Shown one piece after another: positions 21,389 through 29,967 of a stretch of 64,000 bases of DNA. The notes below the pieces were generated by a model. The model was not told the DNA's origin. It made no database searches and saw nothing but the letters and a program-made list of their open reading frames with translations. Within the stretch, counting starts at the first letter, position 1. Each line of letters starts with the position of its first letter. Source of the DNA: Ostreococcus lucimarinus (Eukaryota); NCBI GenBank assembly GCA_000092065.1, contig CP000597.1; one strand, 5' to 3'. Made by a program: the position numbers and the translations under genes.

Positions 21389-23188
21389 ATGCCCACGGTG
21401 AACCTCAACCGCGATGAACTCTTCGCCAGACTCGGTAAGACGTACACCGAGGATGAATTCGACGAGCTGTGCTTCGAGTTCGGGATCGAACTCGACGAAG
21501 TGACTTCGGAAAGCGCGATGAAATCAAAGTTTTTAGGGCAAGACGGCGATAAAACGAGCGCGAACGCGGACGAGAGCGACGACGTGATATACAAGATTGA
21601 TATCCCGGCGAATCGTTACGATTTGCTGTGCTTGGAAGGGATCTCGCGCGCGTTGAATGTGTTTCGAGGGACGACGCCGACGCCGACGTTTCGAGCGCGC
21701 GAGCCGTCGAGCGGGACGCGGGAGCGGATGACGGTGAAGCCGAGCGCGATGTTGGTCAGACCGTTCGTCGTGTGCGCGGTACTTCGAGGGCTGAAGTTTA
21801 CCAAGGAGCGATACGAGAGTTTCATCGATTTGCAGGACAAGTTGCATCAGAATATTTGTCGACGCCGAAGCCTGGTGGCGATCGGGACGCACGACTTGGG
21901 GAAGATCAAGGGGCCGTTCACCTACGAAGCGCAGTTGCCGGAAGAGATCGAGTTTGTGCCGTTGAAGCAGGAGAAGTCGTTCAACGCTCGAGATTTAATG
22001 GAGTTTTACAAGGGAGATCAGAAATTGAAGCACTTTTTGCACATCATCGAGGACAGCGCCGTGTTTCCCGTGGTGAAGGATTCCGAGGGCACGGTGTTGT
22101 CGTTGCCGCCGATCATTAACGGTGCGAAATCGGCAATTTCTTTGGATACGACAGACGTCTTCATCGAGTGCACGGCGACGGATTTGAATAAGGCGAAGAT
22201 TGTGCTGAACACAATGGTGACAATGTTCAGTGAGTACTGTGCCGAGCCGTTCACTGTTGAGCCGGTGGACGTCGTCGATTGCACCGGCAAAGAGACGACA
22301 TACCCCGATTTTATGACTCGATTTGTCGACGCAGATGTTGATTACATCAATAAGCGCATCGGGACGTCGATCGATCGCCAAACGATGGCGGCCCTGTTGT
22401 GCCGAATGCAACTTCCGACCAAGCTCGGAGCGGACGAAACGACGCTTCGAGTGGAGGTTCCGCCGACGCGATCGGATATCTTGCACCCGTGCGATATCGC
22501 CGAGGACGTGGCGATCGCGCACGGATACAACAACATCGCGCGCACGGTGCCGAACACGTACACGATCGCATCCCAACAACCCATTAACAAGTTTTCAGAC
22601 GCTGTGCGAGGCGAGGTGGCTCGCAGCGGCTTTAGCGAAGTCTTGACATGGATTTTGTGCTCGCACGACGATAACTTTGCGAACGTGCTTAGAGAAGATG
22701 ACGGCAACAGCGCAGCAATCGTAGCTAACCCGTCGAGTTTGGATGTGCAAGTCGCTCGTAACAGCCTCTTGCCCGGCGCGCTGAAGGCGTTGGGGGCAAA
22801 CAAGGATGCGCCGTTGCCGGCAAAATTGTTCGAAGTTGGTGACGTGGTGGTGCTCGATCCCGAGGCGGACGTCGGCGCGCGCAACTCTCGAAGACTACTG
22901 GTTCTCTATAGCAACGTTCAAAGTGGTTTCGAGGTCGTTCAAGGCGTGTTGGATCGCGTCATGCAAGTTGTCGGCATCGCGAAGTTTGACGGCTCAGACT
23001 TTGGCTATCAGCTCCAAGAATCGAATGAGCCGACGTATTTCCCGGGCAGGCAGGCGCGCGTCATGCGGAATGGGAAGAAAATCGGCGTGTTCGGTATCGT
23101 CCATCCCGACGTCTGCGCGAAGTTTGACATCGTCAGCCCGACGAGCGTGCTCGAGCTAGAATTAGAGCCTCTCATGGCCAGTGTGTGA
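21389..23188 (+). CDS. FARSB: Phenylalanine--tRNA ligase beta subunit, eukaryotic cytosolic type
   Basis: MPTVNLNRDELFARLGKTYTEDEFDELCFEFGIELDE...NRYDLLCLEGISRAL...FIDLQDKLHQNICRRRSLVAIGTHDL...MFSEYC...FTVE matches the human FARSB N-terminus and B3/4 blocks almost residue for residue. Intronless. AATAAA overlaps the stop. Confidence 0.9.
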   Translation: MPTVNLNRDELFARLGKTYTEDEFDELCFEFGIELDEVTSESAMKSKFLGQDGDKTSANADESDDVIYKIDIPANRYDLLCLEGISRALNVFRGTTPTPTFRAREPSSGTRERMTVKPSAMLVRPFVVCAVLRGLKFTKERYESFIDLQDKLHQNICRRRSLVAIGTHDLGKIKGPFTYEAQLPEEIEFVPLKQEKSFNARDLMEFYKGDQKLKHFLHIIEDSAVFPVVKDSEGTVLSLPPIINGAKSAISLDTTDVFIECTATDLNKAKIVLNTMVTMFSEYCAEPFTVEPVDVVDCTGKETTYPDFMTRFVDADVDYINKRIGTSIDRQTMAALLCRMQLPTKLGADETTLRVEVPPTRSDILHPCDIAEDVAIAHGYNNIARTVPNTYTIASQQPINKFSDAVRGEVARSGFSEVLTWILCSHDDNFANVLREDDGNSAAIVANPSSLDVQVARNSLLPGALKALGANKDAPLPAKLFEVGDVVVLDPEADVGARNSRRLLVLYSNVQSGFEVVQGVLDRVMQVVGIAKFDGSDFGYQLQESNEPTYFPGRQARVMRNGKKIGVFGIVHPDVCAKFDIVSPTSVLELELEPLMASV

Positions 23189-23193
23189 ATAAA
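23188..23193 (+). terminator. Canonical AATAAA polyadenylation hexamer overlapping the FARSB stop codon
   Basis: tgAATAAAaaacg sits immediately at the stop and is followed by an AT-rich island at 23189-23250. Confidence 0.4.
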
Positions 23194-23252
23194 AAACGAT
23201 TCTCATTCTATTAAAGTAATACGCTTTTGCTATGATGGTATCTGATGTGCTA

Positions 23253-25526
23253 TCACTTTCTCTTACCCTTGCGCTTCATCTGCGTCGTTTTTTTCGCTGG
23301 AGGAGTCTTGCTACCGGAGAGATTGTACGAGCCCGGGGCGAGCGCCGGGGACTTGCTTCCAGTCACCGGCATGGCTCCTCCGATCCCGCCGAGCTGCATC
23401 GCGGCCCCACCCGAGGCTGGGGAGTAGCTGCCGATTTGTTGGAACTGCGCCATACTTTTCGCATCCTTCTTTCCAGGCATGCTAGAGCCTGGAATCCCCC
23501 CGCTCGGCGTGCGAGCGAGTCCACCCGCCGCTGACGAGGGCACGCCCGACCGCCCCGAGGCGACGCCGCCCATCGGTAGCATTGTTCCGAGTCGTTGACC
23601 ACCGGGCATGACACTACCGTTTCCGGTAACGCCGCCAACGGGACTATCATCCGCCAAACTAAGCGGCTGCTGCGTCGGTCCGCAGATTGACTGCACTTCT
23701 CGCCACGATCGATGCGGCGCGTTTCGACGACTCTTGTTCATCCCCAATCGCTCCATCTTTGCCGCTTTTCGAATCTTCAGGTGCTTGGCCATGACGGCGC
23801 ATGAACGATCGAAATGAATGCGAACGGTTTCGTCCTCCACCGGAAGCGCACGCGCCATAAGCGTCCGCGCGCTGCCTTTGTTGAGGTCGAGCGCGGCGAT
23901 GGCTCTTTGGTCTTGCTGCTGTTCGGCGACTTGCGTGAGATGGGAGAAACGCCAGCGGCAGTGATCGATGCGATGATACGTGCCCTTGATCGGTGTGCTC
24001 GCGGCGAACGCGTCGGTGATGAGGGCCCAGTTGGAACCAAATTCGTGCACGATGGCGCACAGCAGTTGGTCCTCCATGGGCGACCAAGACCGCATGGCAC
24101 CTGCGCGTCGCTTCTTCTTCGCGTCCTTGCGGCGTCTGTCGTCCATCGGTCCAGTGCGCTTGGGAATGGGTACACCGAAATCCATATCGACCTCGTGACC
24201 AGGAACACCGAATTGAATGTACTCTCCACGCTTGTTCTTGCGACGACGACCCTTGATGTCCACCATGTAACCCTCTTCGTCGAAGTAATGACCGCGAGCG
24301 GCGGCGGCGGCCAAAAACGCGCGGCGCTGCTCCATCGTCTCCCGATGCGCCTCTTCCTCGGCTTGGTAACGAGCCGCTTCGACGAGCGCGCGCGCGCGCT
24401 TGCGCTCGTTTTCTTCCCAACCTCGTAAACTGCGCTCGTATTCCGCAAACTTTTGAGCCTCGATTTGCATCGTTTCCCTGAAGGCGCGTTCGTTCAACAT
24501 CGGCACAGCGTCGTAAATCACCGGCATGAACTCTTCCACGAGCGGCGGCGTGGGAGGAGCCAACAGGTCCATGTCCAGATCCATACCGTCGATCTCTAGA
24601 GCCTCCGCCAACGCGATGCGATCAGCCTTGGCGTCACCGTCCGCGTCTTCGTCTTCGTCTTCGTCTTCGTCGTCCTTCTTCTTTGAACCTCGTCCGCGCT
24701 TCGGCGTCGCCTTTGGCGCCCCCTTGCTCTTCTTCGCCGCCTTCTTGGCCTCTTTCTCGCGCTCCTTCTGCTCTTTCGCCTCCTTCAGTTCGATAGCGTC
24801 CTTCACCAAATCGCGTTTCATCTCCACCATGGCTAGATACAGCTTATTCGACGCCCAAGAGTTGATGATTCGCATCCCCGCCGGCGGCGGCGGCGTCGAC
24901 GCGAGCGTCGCAGTCGGCGACAACTCAGCATCACCAGTCGGTGTCAACGTCGCTTGACGTCCCAACTTTTCGCCCGCATCACCCTCTTCACCCCCATCAT
25001 CCTCGTCGCTCTCCGTCTCCATCTTGATCTCTTCACCATCCGCCGAGCCGTTCTCGCTTCCTTCGTCCTCGTCCTCGACGAGCTCGCCCGCGTTCGGCAG
25101 CGGCCGCTCCTTCGCCCGCTCCCAAGCCTCGGCCCAGAACTCGGCGACGTCGGCGGCGATCATGGCGCACCGCGTCTTCCTCCGAGTCACCTCCTGCTCT
25201 TCTCGATCCTTCGGCGCGCCCTCGCACGAAGCCGCCAGATGCGACACCTGCCTCGACGTCTCCTGCTTCCAGTCGCGTTCGCTCGCAAAGTCCCGCGCCA
25301 ACCACGTCATCTCCATCATCACGTACTCCCAATGACTCTTCCTCCGGCTATCATCGTGCGTTTTCACGTTCGCCCGCGCGTCCAGCGCCTTTATCTTCTC
25401 CCGAATCGCCTTCGCTCGCGCGACGAGCATGTCCTCGTCTCGCAACCGCCGCCGTCGCGCCTCCCCCGTCTCGTCCGCCGTCTCGTCCACCGCCGACGTC
25501 GACGCCCCCCCGCGATCGCGCGCCAT
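23253..25526 (-). CDS. HSA + SANT/Myb domain chromatin protein (Eaf1/Vid21-like NuA4 platform; no ATPase domain)
   Basis: SHWEYVMMEMTWLARDFASERDWK is an HSA domain. WSPMEDQLLCAIVHEFGSNWALITDAF is a SANT domain. The protein also has acidic and lysine-rich stretches and a Gly/Ser-rich C-terminus. Confidence 0.6.
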   Translation of the reverse strand: MARDRGGASTSAVDETADETGEARRRRLRDEDMLVARAKAIREKIKALDARANVKTHDDSRRKSHWEYVMMEMTWLARDFASERDWKQETSRQVSHLAASCEGAPKDREEQEVTRRKTRCAMIAADVAEFWAEAWERAKERPLPNAGELVEDEDEGSENGSADGEEIKMETESDEDDGGEEGDAGEKLGRQATLTPTGDAELSPTATLASTPPPPAGMRIINSWASNKLYLAMVEMKRDLVKDAIELKEAKEQKEREKEAKKAAKKSKGAPKATPKRGRGSKKKDDEDEDEDEDADGDAKADRIALAEALEIDGMDLDMDLLAPPTPPLVEEFMPVIYDAVPMLNERAFRETMQIEAQKFAEYERSLRGWEENERKRARALVEAARYQAEEEAHRETMEQRRAFLAAAAARGHYFDEEGYMVDIKGRRRKNKRGEYIQFGVPGHEVDMDFGVPIPKRTGPMDDRRRKDAKKKRRAGAMRSWSPMEDQLLCAIVHEFGSNWALITDAFAASTPIKGTYHRIDHCRWRFSHLTQVAEQQQDQRAIAALDLNKGSARTLMARALPVEDETVRIHFDRSCAVMAKHLKIRKAAKMERLGMNKSRRNAPHRSWREVQSICGPTQQPLSLADDSPVGGVTGNGSVMPGGQRLGTMLPMGGVASGRSGVPSSAAGGLARTPSGGIPGSSMPGKKDAKSMAQFQQIGSYSPASGGAAMQLGGIGGAMPVTGSKSPALAPGSYNLSGSKTPPAKKTTQMKRKGKRK

Positions 25527-25984
25527 CGCGCTCGATCACCGTCGCGTCCTCCACCGAGCGCTACCGTCGCGAATCGCGCGTCCGCGTCAGTCTCTCGCTC
25601 GTCTCTCGCGTCTCGGCGTCTCTCGCTCGCGCGCCGTCTTCGCGCCGCCCCCCCCCCCCTCGCCCCTCACCGCGCGCGCGCGTCCCTCTCGCTCGCGCGT
25701 CGACGCGCGCGCTTTTCTATGCGTCACCGACGCCCTCGCGATGTCCCGCGACGTCCCGCGCGTCCGGCGCGACGCGATCGGATCGCGCGAATCGCCCTCG
25801 ATCGCGCGAACGCGCGCGATCCCTCGTCGGAATTCTCCCCCCTCGCGCGCTCGCGCGCGTGTTTCGCGCCTCGCGTCGCGCGCACCTCTTCGACGGCCCG
25901 CGCGCGCGCGTTTCGCCGCGCGATTCGCGCGCGTCGGGCGACGTGTGCGGCGCCGCGCGTCGAAACGCGTCGCCGAATTCGCCG

Positions 25985-26075
25985 AAATGACGGCGTCGTT
26001 TATGCATCGTATGCATAAACAGTACGGTGTATTATTACACAACACGGTGCCCTATATACGGTGCGCTTAAATACG
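25985..26075. promoter_or_regulatory. AT-rich island between divergent genes (Eaf1-like minus, YlxR-like plus) with near-perfect palindrome and TATA-like element
   Basis: TTTATGCATCGTATGCATAAA (two ATGCAT half-sites) and CCCTATATACGG lie within a ~75% GC context. Confidence 0.35.
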
Positions 26076-26577
26076 AGCGTCGGGATCATGAATCCGCGCG
26101 CGTCGTCCGTCGCCCGCAGAGCGCGCCCGCGCGTCGCGCGCGCATGCCGCCCTGCGCCGACGACGACGTCGCGGCGATCCTCGCCGTCGCGCGCGCCGAG
26201 CTCCGCGTCGCGACGACGCGCCGCGTCGCGTCCGCGGCGACGCGGCTTCGCGCGTGCGAGCGCGCCTCCGTCGACGCCGCGCGCGCGTGCGCCGCGCGCG
26301 CGACGGCGGTGCGCGCGAGCGCCGATCGCGCGACGCGCGCGACGCGCGACGCGCGACGCCGCGTCGCGGTCGTCGCGTCCGCGGCGACGCGCGCGCGGCT
26401 CGAGCGCGCGCTCGAGCGCGCGGCGGCGGCGCTCGAGCGCGCGCGAGCGCTCGAGCGCGCGTGCGATCGCGCCGTCGCGGCGACGCGCGCGAAGGCGCGA
26501 GGGACGGCGTGAGGGACGCGAAGACGCGTCGACGCGCGTCGCGCGCGCCGGCGTCGACGCGATTGCGTGTAATTTAA

Positions 26578-27480
26578 ATGTGCAACAATGAGTGCGCGAT
26601 TCATTCGCACACGTCGACGCGCGCGCGTCCGATGCGCGCGTCCGCGGCGCGCGGCGTCGCGTCGCGCGTCGCGCCGCGTCTCGCGCGTCGCGCGCGCGCT
26701 CGAGCGCCGAATCGACGCGCGCGCGCGCGATGCGGCGCGGCGTCGGACGACGACGCGACGCGCGCGGACGCGGCGGCGGCGCGCGCGCTCGCGGACGCGT
26801 GCGGCGGCGTGGACGCGCTGCTGACGCTCGCGGAGCGGACGTCGCCGAAGGACGCGGGCGCGGCGGTGGCGCTCGCGCGCGTGGCGCGCGCGGCGGCGGG
26901 AGACGAGGGCGACGACGTTCGAGGGCGGGCGGACGCGGTCGAGCGCGCGCACGCGGCGGCGACGACGCTGCGAACGTACGAGAGCGCGATCGCGAGCGCG
27001 GCGCGAGCGCAGAGGAATAGGGACGTGGCGAAACGGAAGACGCGACCGCGGGATCGGGCGTGCAATCAGCCGAAACCGCGACAGGGATGGACGAGGGCGG
27101 CGCTGCGCGAGCGAAACGCGAGGACGTGCGCGGCGTGCGAGAGGATCGCGGCGAAAGCGGACCTCTTTCGAGCGGTTCGAGTGAAGACGGCGAGCGGGGA
27201 GACGCGGGTGGTGGTCGGGGACGACGCGAGAGGGGTGAACGGGCGATCGGCGTACGTGTGCAAGACGCGCGCGTGCGCGGCGCGGGCGGCGAAGGGGAAG
27301 GCGATGCAACGCGCGTTGCGGTGCAACGTGGATCAAGGCGTGTACGACGCGCTCGCGAGGGAGGCGCGCGCGCTCGAGGAGGCGATGGGAGTGGATACTT
27401 CGGATTACGTCTTCTTACGACCCGAGGGTACGAGCGCGCGATGGAAAGCGCCGGGCGAATGGATTCCGCCGGACGCGTAG
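26578..27480 (+). CDS. YlxR/RnpM-like (DUF448) protein, probably organelle-targeted
   Basis: RTCAACERIAAKADLFRAVRV...GRSAYVCKTRACAARAAKGKAMQRALRCNV follows the DUF448 pattern (R-x-C-x-x-C ... GRGAYvC ... C). The extremely GC-rich N-terminal region makes the start uncertain (alternative Met at 26137). Confidence 0.4.
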   Translation: MCNNECAIHSHTSTRARPMRASAARGVASRVAPRLARRARARAPNRRARARCGAASDDDATRADAAAARALADACGGVDALLTLAERTSPKDAGAAVALARVARAAAGDEGDDVRGRADAVERAHAAATTLRTYESAIASAARAQRNRDVAKRKTRPRDRACNQPKPRQGWTRAALRERNARTCAACERIAAKADLFRAVRVKTASGETRVVVGDDARGVNGRSAYVCKTRACAARAAKGKAMQRALRCNVDQGVYDALAREARALEEAMGVDTSDYVFLRPEGTSARWKAPGEWIPPDA

Positions 27481-27585
27481 CGGAACCGCGCTGGTGTTAC
27501 AATGCTAGTAATCGATGCCCTATGTATTCTAATTTGCAACCGAGTGTAATTGTATCGTTTAACACGCCACCGACGCGCGCAAACT

Positions 27586-28797
27586 TCAACACGAAAGAAG
27601 GCGCTGCCGCCACTTGCGCTCGTACGTTCTCTTCGCGTGCGCGTACACGGCGAGCGACTTGCGCAGGTTGCGACGCAAATGCGCCATCATGTCTTCGTTC
27701 GCCACGTGCCTGTCGTAGAGGCGCTGCTGGTGCGCATCGAGCTCGGGCGCTTCGTTGTGCTGCGCAAAATTGGCTAAAAGCGTCGCGTTGAGCCGCGCAA
27801 AATCGGGTAAAGTTGTGAGCTTTTCTAAACCGTCGTCGAGTTTCTCCGTCAACAGAAATTTAAAGCACGGGTCGTCCAAATTCGCGATCGCCGCAGCGAC
27901 TTGAGCGTCTTTGTTCTCCCCACCGCCCGGTGCGAGGACGTGCAACCAATTATCACCGCCCAAGTAATCGTGCCACTCTACGAGGTTCATGGCGCACTCG
28001 CCCTTGTCCTTCATCGCCTTGTTCCACAGCCGACGATTTTCAGCCCCGGCCAAGCACGAGTACTTGTAGTGACTTAAAAACCGCTCGACTGGGTCTCTTA
28101 AGATTGTGATGTACGCACACGGGGCGTCAACGACCTCGCACAGTCCCATGCCGTAGGAGCCTTTGCTAAAAATCCGCGCCCCTGATTCATACATCTTCCG
28201 CAAACGATCCACGCCAAAGTACTCCGCGGGTTCGCCCGTGGCAAAGTGCCGCCGCGTCGCCGCGTAATTTTCTCTCGTCGTATCGACCAAAGGCCACGTG
28301 ATCCACTGCGCGATCGACTCATGATCGTGAGGAAATAATTCTTCGCCCAGGAACGCCTCCTGCTTCGGCTTACGATTCACCCTGCGTTCCACCTGTCGCA
28401 ACACCGAGTGAAAAAACGTCCCACCCGTCTTCGGCACGTGCAAAAAGTTGTAAAACAGCACTCGATTCGCGTGCGTCTGCTTCACCGACTTCGCCTTCCT
28501 CGGAATCTCGTAATATTTACTCAGATCACCGACGTTCAATTCCCGTCCGAACGCCTCGACTTCCTCGCGTTCCGCGAGCGCGCCGCCGCGTCGGTGCGCC
28601 CAATCCGCCCTCGCGCTCGCCCCGACGAGGCACGCCGCGACCGCGCACGCGCCGACGACCAGCCTCGCGCTCGCCGCGCCGCGCGTTCGATCGACCGCGA
28701 GCTTCGCCGCCGTCGTCTCCGCGTCGTCCGACGCGCGCTCGACGTCGCGAGACGCGCGCAGGAGCGGTTCGGCGTCGCCGCGCTCAACACCCATCGC
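27586..28797 (-). CDS. Golgi-type (type II membrane) PAPS sulfotransferase, Sulfotransfer_2/HS6ST-like
   Basis: FLHVPKTGGTFFHSVL matches the 5'-PSB motif. ILRDPVERFLSHYKY matches the 3'-PB motif RDPxxRxxSxY. An N-terminal TM (LVVGACAVAACLVGASA) follows the Met at about 28797. The track ORF extends to 29058. Confidence 0.6.
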   Translation of the reverse strand, partial: AMGVERGDAEPLLRASRDVERASDDAETTAAKLAVDRTRGAASARLVVGACAVAACLVGASARADWAHRRGGALAEREEVEAFGRELNVGDLSKYYEIPRKAKSVKQTHANRVLFYNFLHVPKTGGTFFHSVLRQVERRVNRKPKQEAFLGEELFPHDHESIAQWITWPLVDTTRENYAATRRHFATGEPAEYFGVDRLRKMYESGARIFSKGSYGMGLCEVVDAPCAYITILRDPVERFLSHYKYSCLAGAENRRLWNKAMKDKGECAMNLVEWHDYLGGDNWLHVLAPGGGENKDAQVAAAIANLDDPCFKFLLTEKLDDGLEKLTTLPDFARLNATLLANFAQHNEAPELDAHQQRLYDRHVANEDMMAHLRRNLRKSLAVYAHAKRTYERKWRQRLLSC

Positions 28798-29030
28798 GCT
28801 CGGCGCGCGACGACGACGACGACGACGCTCGGCGCGCGACGAAGCGTTCGCTCGCCGTCGTTCTCGAGTTTCGTTCGCGCGCGCGAGAGAGAGGCGAAGA
28901 GTGCGGCGCGCCGAAGAAAGACAGACAGGCGGGGTGTTGCGCAGAAATTGCGATCCGAGACGCGCGAGCGGCGCCGCGAGAGCGACGACGACGGACGAAG
29001 ACGCGCGATACGCCGGGAAGCGACGAGAAA

Positions 29031-29109
29031 ACGACGAGACTGGGATGAAAGAATACAAAGAATACAGTCAGGACGACGAGACTGGGATGAAAGAATACAA
29101 AGAATACAG
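29031..29109. repeat. Tandem direct repeat, 38-bp unit x2 (period 41), AT-rich
   Basis: acgacgagactgggatgaaagaatacaaagaatacagt appears twice, separated by cagg. It sits between the sulfotransferase 5' end and the DTW gene 3' end. Confidence 0.8.
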
Positions 29110-29967
29110 TTAGGACGGCGGCGGCGAGCGCAGGTCGCGCTCGCGCGCGAGAACGGCGCTCGGCGGGCGAGTCGGCGCGCCGCGCTCTCGCGCGCCGCGA
29201 TGGTACGCGGCCCTCTCGGCGTCGAGTTGATCGTCAACCATGGCGTCGAACGCCTGAGCGACGCGCTCGGCGCCGCAGTTTTCACCGTCGAGCGCGAGTA
29301 AGGCCTCGCCGACGCACTCCGCGGTGCTCAGGCACAAATCGTTGGGTTGCTTTCGGATGCGATAGTTTGACTTTCGCCGCGGCTCTATTTGAAACTTGCG
29401 CAAGCGCTGCAACCACGGCACGCGGTGATACATCGCTCGCGCGCGATGCCACGTGGAATCGAGCACGATCAAATTCTCCAACCGTCGCGTCGTCGCGTCC
29501 CGCGCGTGCGCCGCCAGGTCGACCGCCTCGTCGCACGGCCACAGCACCCCCCACCGCGCGGCGTCCTCCTCCGCGAACGGCGCCTTCACGTCCCGTCCTC
29601 GCACTCGAAGGTCATCGAACAGCACTCGCACCTCGCATTTATCCAGCGCGAGTTCGCAGACGATCGCGCTTCCCAGGGCGCGTCGAAACTCCGCGCGGTC
29701 TTGCAGGATGTAAATGTTGGTCGAGTTCGCGACTCTCCCGGCCCGACCGAGCGCGCGCGCGACCGAGCGACACGCGCACGCCACCAACGCGCGGCGACAT
29801 CGCGCGCACGTCGGTCGACGCGTCGTCGCGGCGTCGAGCGCGCGGATCGGCGCGCAGCGCGACGTCATTTGCCGCCGCCGTGTCCCGGTCGCTTCATCGG
29901 GACGCGCGTCGAGACGCGCGATGCGCGCGCGGGCGTCGACGTGGAACGTCGCGGCGATCAACAACAA
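29110..29967 (-). CDS. DTW-domain protein (tRNA-uridine aminocarboxypropyltransferase, DTWD/TapT-like)
   Basis: CARCRRALVACAC (CxxC), ILQDRAE, and LIVLDSTWHRARAMY (DTW motif). Likely start is the Met at about 29868. Confidence 0.55.
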   Translation of the reverse strand: MLLIAATFHVDARARIARLDARPDEATGTRRRQMTSRCAPIRALDAATTRRPTCARCRRALVACACRSVARALGRAGRVANSTNIYILQDRAEFRRALGSAIVCELALDKCEVRVLFDDLRVRGRDVKAPFAEEDAARWGVLWPCDEAVDLAAHARDATTRRLENLIVLDSTWHRARAMYHRVPWLQRLRKFQIEPRRKSNYRIRKQPNDLCLSTAECVGEALLALDGENCGAERVAQAFDAMVDDQLDAERAAYHRGARERGAPTRPPSAVLARERDLRSPPPS

